Assembly: GCF_009914755.1 (NCBI RefSeq)
Contig: NC_060947.1
Strand: one strand, 5' to 3'
DNA: 64,000 nucleotides
From: the human T2T-CHM13v2.0 reference genome, Homo sapiens
Shown: positions 53,447-64,000 of the stretch, one piece after another
Layout of the letters: the number at the start of each line of letters is the position of its first letter
How positions within the stretch are numbered: the stretch's first letter is position 1
Notes under the pieces: generated by a model
The model's input: only the letters and a program-made list of their open reading frames with translations
Told to the model about the DNA's origin: nothing
The model's database searches: none
Position numbers and translations under genes: made by a program

Positions 53447-56400
53447 CTTATTTAAATTTAAAAAATGTTTAACTCTTGTGGGTACATATTAGTTGTATAT
53501 ATTTATGGGGTACATGACATGTTTTAATACAGACATGAAATGTGAAATAACCACATAATAGAGAACAGTGTATCCATTCCCTCCAGCATTTATCTTTTGA
53601 GTTACAAACAATCCAATCACATTCTTTAATTTAATATATACAGTTAAGTTATTATTGAATATTGTTGCCTTATTGTGCTATCAAATAGTAGGTCTTATTC
53701 ATTCTATTTTTTGTACCCATTAACCATCACCACTTCTCCCCCAACTGCCACTACCCTTCCCAGCCTCTTAACCATCCTTCTACTTTCTATGTCCATGAGT
53801 TCAATTGATTTGATATTTAGATCCCATAAATAAGTGAAAATATGTGATGCTGTAGTTCTGTGTCTGGCTTATTTCATTTAACATTATGATATCCATTTCC
53901 CTCCATGTTGCCTCAAATGACAGAATCTCATTCTTTATCATGACCGAATAGTACTTCATTGTGTATATACACTGTATTTTTTTAATCTATTCACCTGTTG
54001 ATGAACACTTAGGTCACTTCCAAATCTTCGCTATTGTAAATAGTGCTGCCACAAACATAGCAGTGCAGATATCTCTTTGATATACTGATTTCCTTTCTTT
54101 GGGGTAAATACCCAGCAGGATTGCTGGATCTTATGGTAGCTCTATTTATAGTTTTTTGAGGAACCTCCAAACTGTTCTCCAAACTGGTTGTACTAATTTA
54201 CATCCCCATCAACAGTGTACAAGAGTTCCCTTTTCTCCACATCCACACCAGCATTTGCTATTGCCAGTCTTTTTTTTATGTAAGCCATTTCAATTGCACT
54301 TCTCAGATGATCAATGATGTTGAGCACATTTTCATATACCTGTTTGCCATTTGTATGTCTTCTCTGTAGAAATGTCTATTCATACCTTTTGCCTATTTTT
54401 TCATCGGGATAATTAGATTTTTTCCTATATAGTTGTTTGACCTCCTTGTATATACTGCTTATTAATCCCTTGTCAGAAGGGTAGTTTGCAAATATTTTCT
54501 GGCATTCTATGGATTTTTCTCTTCACTTTGTTGTTTCCTTTGTTGGGCAGAAGCTTTTTAACTTGATGTGATACCACTTGTCCGTGTTTGGTGTGGTTGC
54601 CTGTACTTGTGGGGTATTACACAAAAGGTCTTTGCCCAGACCAATGTCCTGGAGATTTTCCACAATATTTTCTTACAGTAGATTCATAGTTTGAGGTCTT
54701 AGAGTTAAGTCTTTAATCCATTTTGATTTGACTTTTGTATAGGGTGAAAGATAGGGGTCTAGTTTTATTCTTTTGCATATAGATATCCAGTCTTCCCAGC
54801 ATCATTTATTGAAGAGACTGTCTTTTTCCCATTGTATTTTCTTGGCAGCTTTGTCAAAAATGAGTTCACTCTAGGTGTGTAGATTTGCTACTGGGTTCTC
54901 TATTCTGTTCCATTGGTCTATGTGCCTGTTTTTATGTCAGTATTATGCTGTTTTTCCTACTATAGCTCTGTAGTATAATTTGAAATCAGGGAATGTGATG
55001 CCTCTTGTTTTGTTCTTTTTTGCTTAAGATAGTTTGGCTATTCTAGGTCTTTTGTGGTTCCATTTAAATTTTAGGATTGCTTTTACAATTTTTGATAAGA
55101 ATTTCATTGGTATTTTGATAAGGATTGCATTGAACCTCTAGATGGCTTTGTGTAATATGGACATTTTTACAATATTCATTCTTCCAGTCCATAAACATGG
55201 AATATCATTCCATTTTTGGTGTTCTCTTCAATGTCTTCCATTAGTGTTTTATGGTTTTCATTATAGAGAACTTTTTTTGGTTATGTTAATTCCTAGGTAT
55301 TTAATTTGATTTGTGGCATCATAAATGAGATTACTTTTTGTTTCTTTTTCAGATTGTTCACTGTTGATATATAGAAATGCTATTGATTTTTGTTTGTTGA
55401 TTTTGTATCCTGAAACATTATTGAATTTATCAGTTTTAATAGTTTTCTTGTGGAGTCTTTAGGTTTTTCCAAAGATAAGATCATAACATCAGCAAACAAG
55501 GATAATTTGACTTCTTCCTTTCTAACTTGGATGCCCTTTAGTTCTTTCTCTATTCAAATCTTTTGTCCATGTTTTCATTGGATTATTAGACTTTTTCATA
55601 TAAAGTCATTTGACCTCTCGTCTGATTGCTCTAGCAAGGACTTCCAGTACTATAGTGAATAACAGTGGTGACAGTGGGCATCCTTGTAATGTTCCAGATC
55701 TTAAAGAAAAGACTTTCAGCTTTTCCTTATTCATTGCGAAACCAGTTGTGGGTATCTCATATAATAGCTTTTATTATGCTGAGGTATTTTCCTTCCACCA
55801 CCAGGTTTTGAGGTTATTTATCATTAATGGGTGTTGAATTTTATCAAATATGTTTTCAGCTCAATTGAAATGATCATATGGTTTTTAACCCTTCATTTTC
55901 TTGGTATGATGTATCATGTTGATTGATTTGTGTATATTGAACCATCCTTGCATTTCAGGGATAAATCCCACTTGGTCGTGATGATTGATGTTTCCAATGT
56001 ATTGTTGAATTCTGTTTGTTAGTATTTTATTAAGTATTTTTGCATCAATACTCATCAGAAATATTGGCCTGTAGTTTTCTTTTCATGATGTGTCTTTGTC
56101 TGGTTTTGGTATCAGGGAAATAATGGCCTCAAAGAATGAATTTGGAAGTACTCCCTCCTTCCTTATTTTTTGAAATAGATGGAGTAGGATTGGTATTAGT
56201 ACTTCTTTTAGTGTTTGGTAGAATTCAGCAGTGAAGCCATTGGGTCCCATGTTTTTCTTTACTGCAAGACTTTTTAATATGGCTTTGATCTCATTACTTA
56301 TTATTGGTCTGTTCAGGTTTTGGATTTCTTCTTTATTCAATCTTGATAGGTTGTATTTATCTAGAAATTTGTTCATTTCTTCTAGATTTTCTAATTTATT

Positions 56401-59205
56401 GGCACATAGTTGCTCATAGCAGTCACTAGTGGTCCTTCGAATTTCTGCAGTATCAGTTGTAATGTCTCCTTTTTCATTTCCAATTTTATTTCCTTGCATA
56501 GTTTCTCCTTTTTTTCATAGTTAGTTTGGCTAATAGTTTGTCAACTTTGTTTAGCTTTTCAAAACACTAAGTTTTTGTTCATTCATTTTCTGTATTTTTT
56601 TCCTTTTCATTGTATTTATTTCCCCTGTGATGTTTATTATTTCTTTTCTTCAACTAATTTTGATTTTGATTTTATCTTGCTTTTGTAGTTCCATAAGATG
56701 CATAGTTAGATTGCTTATTTGAAGCTTTTCCTCTTTTTTGATGTAGGCACTTAGAGCTATAAACTTCCCTCTTAGTACTGCTTTTGCTGTATCTCATAGG
56801 TTTTGTATATTGTGTTTCCATTATCATTTGTTTCAAGAAAATTTTTGATTTCCTTCTTAATTTCTTCATTGACCCTCTCATTCAGGAGCATATTGTTTAA
56901 TTAATACATATTTGTATAGTTTCCAAAATTCCTCTTGTTATTAATTTCTAGTTTTATTCCATTGTGACCAGAGAATATGCTTGATATTATTTTAATTGGT
57001 TTGAATGTTTTCATACTAGCTTTTTTGATCTAACATATGGTCTCTTCTTGAGAAGGAGCCATTGTACTAAGGAAAAGAATGTGTATTCTGCAGCTCTTGG
57101 ATAAAATTTTCTGTAAATGTATTTTAGATGCATTTGCTCTATAGTGCACATTAAGTCCAATGTTTCTTTGTTGAGTTTCTGTCTCGAAGATATATGTCCA
57201 GGGCAGAAAGAGGGCTCTTGAAGTCTCAAACTATTATTGTATTATGGCCCATATCTCCCTTTAGCTCTAATAATATTGCCTTTATATAATTGGGTGCTTC
57301 ATGATTGGGTGCATATATATTTAAAATTGTGATATCTTCTTTCTGAATTAACTCTTTATCATTATATAGTGATCTTCTTGGTCTCTCATAGTTTTTTTCT
57401 TGAAATCTATTTTGTCTGATATAAGCATAGTGACTTCTGCTATTCTTCTCTAGATTTCCAGGCAGAGACTCTTGTTCTTTTCCCTTACTTTCTCTCAAAT
57501 GTACAGAATCTCTCTCTTTCTGTGTTCTGAGCCACCTAAAGCTGGGGGTGGAGTGACACAAGCACACCTGTGGACACCAACACTATAACTGCACTGGGTT
57601 AGACGTGAAGCTAGCACAGTACTGGGTCTCACCCAAGTCCTGCTGTAACCACTCCCTCACTTTGGCTTATATTACTCAAGGCCCTGGGGCTATACCATCA
57701 GCATGTGGCAATGCCAGCTGGGCCTCTGTCTTTCCCTTCAGGGAGGCAAGGTCTTTCAAGCCTCGGATGGGTCCAGAAGTGCCATCCAGGAGTCAGGGAC
57801 TACAGTCAAAATCCTTAGAAATCCACCTGGTTTTCTGTTGTATTGCAGCTGAGCTTTCCACTCTTCCTTCCCCTTTCCAAAGGCAGAGAAGCCTCACTGT
57901 GTAGCCACTGCCACCACAGGCCATGAGGAGTACTGCCAGACTACCACCAACGTTCCCTTAAGGCCCAAGGTCTCTTGAGTCAGCTGGTAGTGTATGCTGA
58001 CTGGCCTGTTACTCACTCTTCAGGGAATGGGCTCCCCTTTGGCCCAGGGTGGGTCCAGATATGCCATGCAAGAGTCAAGTCCTGGAATCAGGGGCCCCAA
58101 GAGCCCACTTGGTGCTCTGTCCCCTTGTGGCCTTGCTGATAACTAAGTTGCAAGACAAAGTCTCCTTTACTTTTCCCTCTGCTTTTCTCAAGCAGGGGTT
58201 CTGTCCCATAGCCAGCACAGCTGGGTACATGCTGAGTCTCATCTGGAGCTAGCAAGTCTCAGAGGTTCACCCAATGCTCAGGATGTAGTATCTGGGTATC
58301 GCTGCTGGTTCAGATCCCAAGGAATCTTCAGTTAGCAGGTGATGAATGATTCCAGGACTGGGTCCTTTATTCCAAGGCAGAGGGTTCCCTTCTGGTCTAG
58401 GGTACACCTAGAACTGTTGTCTGGGACCTAGAGCCTGGAATGGGGGCCCGAGGACTCTGAGTGGTGCCCTATCCTGCTGTGGCTGAGCTGGTATCCTAGA
58501 TGCAAGGCACAGTCCTCCCCACTCTTCCTTTTTATCTCCTCAAGCAGAAGGAAGGGGTCTCTTTTGGAGCCGTGAGCTGTGGAGCCTGGCATTAGAGGAA
58601 GGGTGATGCCAGAACTCCCTTGGCTGCCCCAGCTGGTATCTCAGTATATCGCATGCCCCCACAGTTCACTGTCTCTGGGCCAAATTCAGCTCTAGGTCTC
58701 ACCTAAGAGTTGCAGTCCTTATGGCCTAGATTGCCTTTCAAGTTTACTTGGAGACACAGAGTGCTGTAGCCCTTAATGGCGAGGTTTGTGAGAAGTTGGA
58801 CCACTGGGATCAGCAATTCCCTTCTGTCTAGGGCTGGTCTAAATGCTCCCTACATGGGCAGGTGTCTGCTGAATTTGGTCTGGTTTTCCTTTTTACTCTA
58901 ACAGGACATCACTAAGTTCACTGCCTCATAATTGCTGTGTTCTCCCTCCCCCAGTGCCCAGAAAATCTCTCTGCACCATGCTACTGTTGCTGCAAGGGGT
59001 GGCATCGGCAAATAGGATGGTTTTTTATTTCTTCTGTGCCTCTTTCAGTGATACAAAGTTAAAACCAGGTACTAGAAGTGCTCGCCTGATTTTTGGTTCT
59101 TACGAACATGTTTTCTTCTGTGTAGATAGTTGTTAACTTGGCATCCTTGCTGGGGGACAATCAGTGGAGCTTTCTACTCTGCCATCTTTCTCCATCTTCT
59201 CCCCC
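53447..59205 (-). mobile_element. L1MA1/L1MA2-type element with both ends but ORF1 deleted
   Basis: L1MA-type 3' end at ~53460, ORF2 remnants (56083-56499 and others), 5' end GGGGGAGAAGATGGAGAAAGATGGCAGAGTAG at 59205, degenerate TSD caagttttagtttc / caaatttttatttc. Confidence 0.9.
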
Positions 59206-59747
59206 AAATTTTTATTTCTGTAAGCAATTTTGTAGTGGGCATCCTTCTATAAAGTTTGCTACACATCCATGATCATTTCCTAAGTATAAATTCTTAGATG
59301 AATTGTGTAGTTGCTCATTGAAGCAAACACATCCATGATTTGTGAGGAGTCCTGATACATATGACTAAGTTGTCCTTACAAATGCCTCAATTTACATACT
59401 TACCCCAACTGTTAAATGATTCTACTTCTCCATGATATTATATGAAACATTTTACAGCAGAAGATATGTCTGGTCCTTTAGAAATATGACCATACGAGAT
59501 GGAAATAAACATTCCAGAAAACCATATAGTACATATTATTCAAATACTCTATACCAAGAAGCTCTTTGGAATCACTTTCTTGTTGTGCTTAAACTTACAT
59601 ATCAAATTATTAAATTGAAATGCATGGAAAAAGCACACATAAATGATAGTAGAGGTCTAGAAGGTATTAGAAAACTGTTGCAGAGATAATTATTTAAGAT
59701 AACATATCAGGTAATATTATTGTATATTTATACTGTTTAAATGACAG

Positions 59748-59789
59748 ATGGTTGAAAAAAATATAACCCTGAACATCTGGAAATAATAG
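59748..59789 (+). pseudogene. Exon G (WLKK-fs-YNPEHLEII)
   Basis: Weak acceptor tactgtttaaatgacag|, consensus donor TAG|gtaagt, one extra A in the A7 run at 59755-59761. Confidence 0.55.
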
Positions 59790-60145
59790 GTAAGTACAAT
59801 TCTGGGTGAATAGCTTGGACTCAAACTAAACACTAATTAAGGTTATTGCCTGTGCATGTCATGTAAAAATCATTACTTTAAAATTATCAAAAATTCTGGT
59901 GAGGTGTATAATGATTAAGAGACAAAGAATAGCATGTAGTAATGTAAATTATTACACCTAAGATAATGGAAAAACCAACTTCAAATTGAATGAATTTATA
60001 TGTAAATCCACAATTTTGGAACTAATACATGAGAAGGATAATTTTGTTTACATTAGTTAGCATATGGAGAAATCCCTTGAAACAACGTTATGATTTCAGC
60101 AGGAGAGCAGACATAGAAAGAGAAGGCATTTTCTGTTGCTTAAAG

Positions 60146-60183
60146 AATTTACCAAACAGCTCAACAGAGCAAATAGTCTTTAA
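60146..60183 (+). pseudogene. Exon H, probable terminal coding part (EFTKQLNRANSL*)
   Basis: Acceptor ttttctgttgcttaaag|, phase 1 entry, TAA at 60181, AATAAA at 60508. Confidence 0.5.
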
Positions 60184-60849
60184 AGTACGAACCACTTTTA
60201 TGCAAGCAGAAGCACTTAATCAACACATTATTAGGCCACATCTGTAGGGATCTGATAACTAAATTCACTATAAATCACTTTAGAACAAAAAGCTATAAAT
60301 TATCATGAGGACTGAGAGTGGCAAACAGATTTTAGCTTAAAAAAATTTGTGTTTCTCAAAGAAAATATTTAGTTGGTATAGTTTTATTATATTTTCTAGA
60401 AAAATCTGTGTTTAAAGAAATGGGAACCCTATGGGGTACATTTCCTTGTCACTCTGATCTAACCTCTAGGGGATTTTGTCTCTAGCACTACAGTTTTAAC
60501 TACGTACAATAAAATCATTTCCAGTTAAAAGAATATCACAATGAAGATAAAAAGCTGGGGAAAATCTCTGAGGTAGTATTTGCAAAATATAAGCACACCT
60601 AAAAAAAACTAAATAAATAAATATATTACAAGCTTGATTCTTCCATTTGTGATACAGATTCAAGACATCACAGTGACGTAAATCTAAATTATATCATATT
60701 CTTAAATATTAACTCTTTAAATTAAAATAAGTGAAAAACGAGAAAACATTTGTGAATCAAGTATAGAGCATAGCTAACAACTGCTGTGAGAGGAAGCAAA
60801 TAACTCTGATATAGCTCTTGTCCTTAAGGAATTTGCACTATAGTTAAGG

Positions 60850-61357
60850 GGGAAAAAAGAATGAAATTCTATCATTTGCAATAACTTGGATGGAACTGGA
60901 GAACATTATGTTAAGTGAAATAAGCCATACACAGAAAGACAAATATTTCATGTTCTCACTTATATGTGGGATCTAAAATAATTGAACTCACAGAGACGTA
61001 GAGTACAATGATGGTTATCAGAGGCTAAGAGGGGTAATGAGCAGCAAGGGATATAGAGGGAATGGTTAATGGGTATAAAAATACAGTTAAATAGAAGGAA
61101 TGAGAACTAGTGTTCAGTAGCACAATAGGGCAACTATACTGAAAAATAATTTTTTGTATATTTCAAAATAACTAAAAGAATGGGATTGGAATGTTCCCAA
61201 CTCAAAGAAATGATAAATTCTTAAGGAGATAGATACCCCAATTACCCTGATTTGATCATTACACATTGTATGCTTGCATCAAAATATTACATGCACTCCA
61301 TAAATATGTACAACTCTTATGTGCCTATAATAATTAAAAATTAAAAAATTAAAAAAT
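60850..61357 (+). mobile_element. L1MA3-type 3' end
   Basis: ggatggaactggagaacattatgttaagtgaaataagcc...gataccccaattaccctgatttgatcattacac. Confidence 0.85.
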
Positions 61358-63082
61358 ATTCTAAATGTAAATTGAATTTACCGGGAAGTACAAAATAATC
61401 GAATACATCTGTAAGTATTAACAAAATATAAATAATAGGAAAAATCAGAATTAGTGTGTTAGTATCTGTTAATTTCAGTTAATACTATCAGCAAATGATA
61501 ATATGTATTTGAAAGGGGGTGTGTTAAGATGATTAATAGGTATATATTGACTGAAATGGGCTCCAGGTATTCTAGGAGTAAACTAGTTCAATTTCAAGGA
61601 GCTGCAGTAAAATGCTTTTTGCATGGTAAGTAATTGGAGCTTCACAACAATTTATTTAGTGGGTACTATTGTGAAAACCATTTTTCAGAAGAAACAGAAA
61701 CAAGATGGGTTAAGTATTTTACCCATGTCTACACTGCTAGCAAATGTCAGACCTAGCATTCCAGCCAGTTTGGCTACTGTGAAGGTAGGAACAAAGTCTC
61801 TAGGGAGGTGAGAGCAGATGTGATCTATCTCTGTGCTACCTCTGCTTGATAAAAAAAGTAAGCACATCTTTAAAAGTGCATGGGTCAGTAGAAAAGGAAC
61901 AAGATGTATTGAATAGATTTGGATAGAGTTTAGTATAAGAACCTTCTCAGGTTGCACCAAGTCAGCAGAGAGCAGGGTCATTGAGGACACAAACAGAAAT
62001 AATGCACAGATTAGGGTTAGGGTCAAGCATGGTTCCAATAGAGTTAAATCATAATTAATGTACAGCTTGCTGGGCATTTTTGAGGCCTTATTGTCTAATC
62101 TTTGCAACAACAGCAAGAGTAGGTAGATTGATTTAGATATTTTGGTTGCAAATAACTAAAAGAAGCATGAAATAGATCAACAAAGAAAAAGGACATTCTT
62201 TGTTAGGACACAAGAGTGTTTTATGACATCCAAACGTGTGATTGAAAAATCCTCAGAAAAGAATTGGATTGAGAAAATTAAAATTTGTCAGGAAGTGAGG
62301 AAGCACTTTCCCCTCATTTCTTGACTCTCATTTTTTTCTGAAGGTCTGCTTTATCTCTGTCATTCTTCAGAATAATTATTTGTTGCTTATTCTCCATGGC
62401 AGAAGATGGCAGTCCATAGTCCCCAAGTTCATTTCCAATTTCAAGGGTAAGTGGAATGGGGAGATGGATTTAACCTGGGTTAGATTCAGGCCACTCAAAT
62501 ATGACTGGGGATGGGTCATCTAGTACAAGCTTGGCTATTGGTGGTCCATTTCCTTGGACCAGGTTTTCTGTTAGGAAGAGTGACAGCTATGAGCTTAGGT
62601 ACAATAGATACTGTCATTTATCTTACAGGTGTGAGAAAAATGAGTCTCAATAGGAGAATTAGATTCTCCAAAGTCAACCAAAGCAGAAATGAGCTTTGTA
62701 CCTAGGTCCTGTGCTCACAACGCAGTCAGACTTTTCATCATTTTATAACTTCTTCCTAAAGCAAGAAGCATTCTTACACAGATTGAGAATCAAATAGATT
62801 TGAAGTGGCTTATGGCAGTGTTTTCACTGTGAATGGGGGTCTAAATAGAATTTATGAGCATGACATATGAGGCTTCTGCCTCAAAAATGATCACAGCAAG
62901 ATGAAGACTTGTTGATCGTTGAACACATGCAAGGAAGTCAGAAACAAAGATGTGGCTTGATCTATTCCAGTGCATAAGTCAGACCTACATATAACTACCA
63001 ATAGTCATTGATATTGGTGCCTTTTTATGCCTAGCTCTTGAAGCAGGGCCTAGGGGTCTCAATAGTCTTGTTCTGTGAAGAC

Positions 63083-63410
63083 ACTCATTCAACAAACACT
63101 TATTGAGCATCTATTCTGTCATTTTTCTAAATGCCAGGGATACAGCAGTGAACAAGATGGACAAAATTCCTGGGCCCAAGGAACTCACATTGCAGCTGGG
63201 GCAGACAGGATAAGTGACAAATAGTATATCATGTGGTGATAAGTGCTAGAAAGGAAAATTAGGCAGAGTAAAGGGATAGAGAATGAAGTGGGTCTACAAT
63301 TTTAATTAGAATGGAGGGTGGTTAGTAAAGGTCTCTCTGAAGAGGTGAAGTTTGCGCAGAAAGAAAATAATGTGAGAGAGAAAATCAGCAGATATCTGGG
63401 AGCAGATATG
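63083..63410 (-). mobile_element. L2 3' end
   Basis: cattcaacaaacacttattgagcatcta...gggatacagcagtgaacaag. Confidence 0.8.
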
Positions 63411-63526
63411 TCCTGGTCCTCCATTTGAAAGCCTGTTTCATAAGTGCTCGCATATTGTGCAAATCGGGGGATTCTAATTTTGGGTGACACTTGAATCTTT
63501 GGAATCCTCTTTTATTAGACTATTTT

Positions 63527-64000
63527 TGTGGTGGATTCATTGTAAAAATGGCATAAATCTCTACTACTGTTAGGATCTATGCCCTTAGCAATGTGACTTT
63601 ACAGCTCCTCCCATTAATAGCTAAAAGCTGCTGATTTCCCACTTCTTAAATCTGTTCTAGCTGTGTGACTTCATTTGGCCAAAAGAATGTAGCAGATGAT
63701 GGTCCTGTTCTGAGTCTAGACCCCAAGAGACCCAACACGTCTGTACTTTTTTGGGGAACCCCTACCTCTCTCCTAAGAGCAGAACTAGTCTGTTCTGCTG
63801 GAAGTCATGAGACCATGTGGAACAGAGCTTATTCAGCCCAGTGGCACCAGATGAAGTCTCTGTTATGTGAGACAACCAATATCAGGCATATTATCCACTG
63901 ATCTGCAGATCTATGAGTGAGCCCTGTCAAGCTCAACTAATATGAGAACTTCCCAGCCAACACAATTGACCTCTGAGCAATAGTACATGGCTATTAATTT
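63527..64000 (+). mobile_element. MLT1F/G/H-type LTR, runs off the window end
   Basis: tgtggtggattcattgtaaaaatggc...gcaatgtgactttacagctcctcccatt...tgtgacttcatttggccaaaagaatg. Confidence 0.75.

Noticed and set aside
59684-59710. Extra mini-exon before exon G (cag|...CAG|gtaata)
   Set aside because: It would leave a 37-nt intron, too short for the spliceosome
60029-60247. FKVRTT...IRP motif resembling an MSP domain
   Set aside because: Only a 6-residue match with wrong spacing, no further MSP sequence, and it overlaps candidate exon H in another frame; probably chance

Overview
AT-rich, repeat-dense catarrhine primate (probably human or ape) genomic DNA, judged from AluY and AluS elements, L1PA/L1MA/L1MB/L1ME LINEs, MaLR/ERV LTRs, MIR/L2 and hAT DNA transposon fossils. 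I found no intact protein-coding gene, RNA gene, CpG island or CRISPR array; most listed ORFs are L1 or MaLR remnants. The main finding is a chain of eight + strand exon-like segments lying in unique DNA between the repeats (1715-60183). They have AG/GT-type splice sites (one GC donor) and splice in phase into a ~195-aa protein once 6 premature stops and 2 single-base insertions are corrected. This is a candidate unprocessed (possibly unitary) pseudogene of a gene I cannot name, with His and Cys motifs reminiscent of permuted papain-like enzymes. Other notable items: a degenerate BED-finger hAT transposase fossil (~26.3 kb), a twin-primed retrocopy of an LTR-terminated transcript (~51 kb), several rearranged L1s and a perfect 74-bp tandem duplication. 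Repeat subfamily names come from recalled consensus sequences, and boundaries without a target-site duplication (TSD) are approximate.
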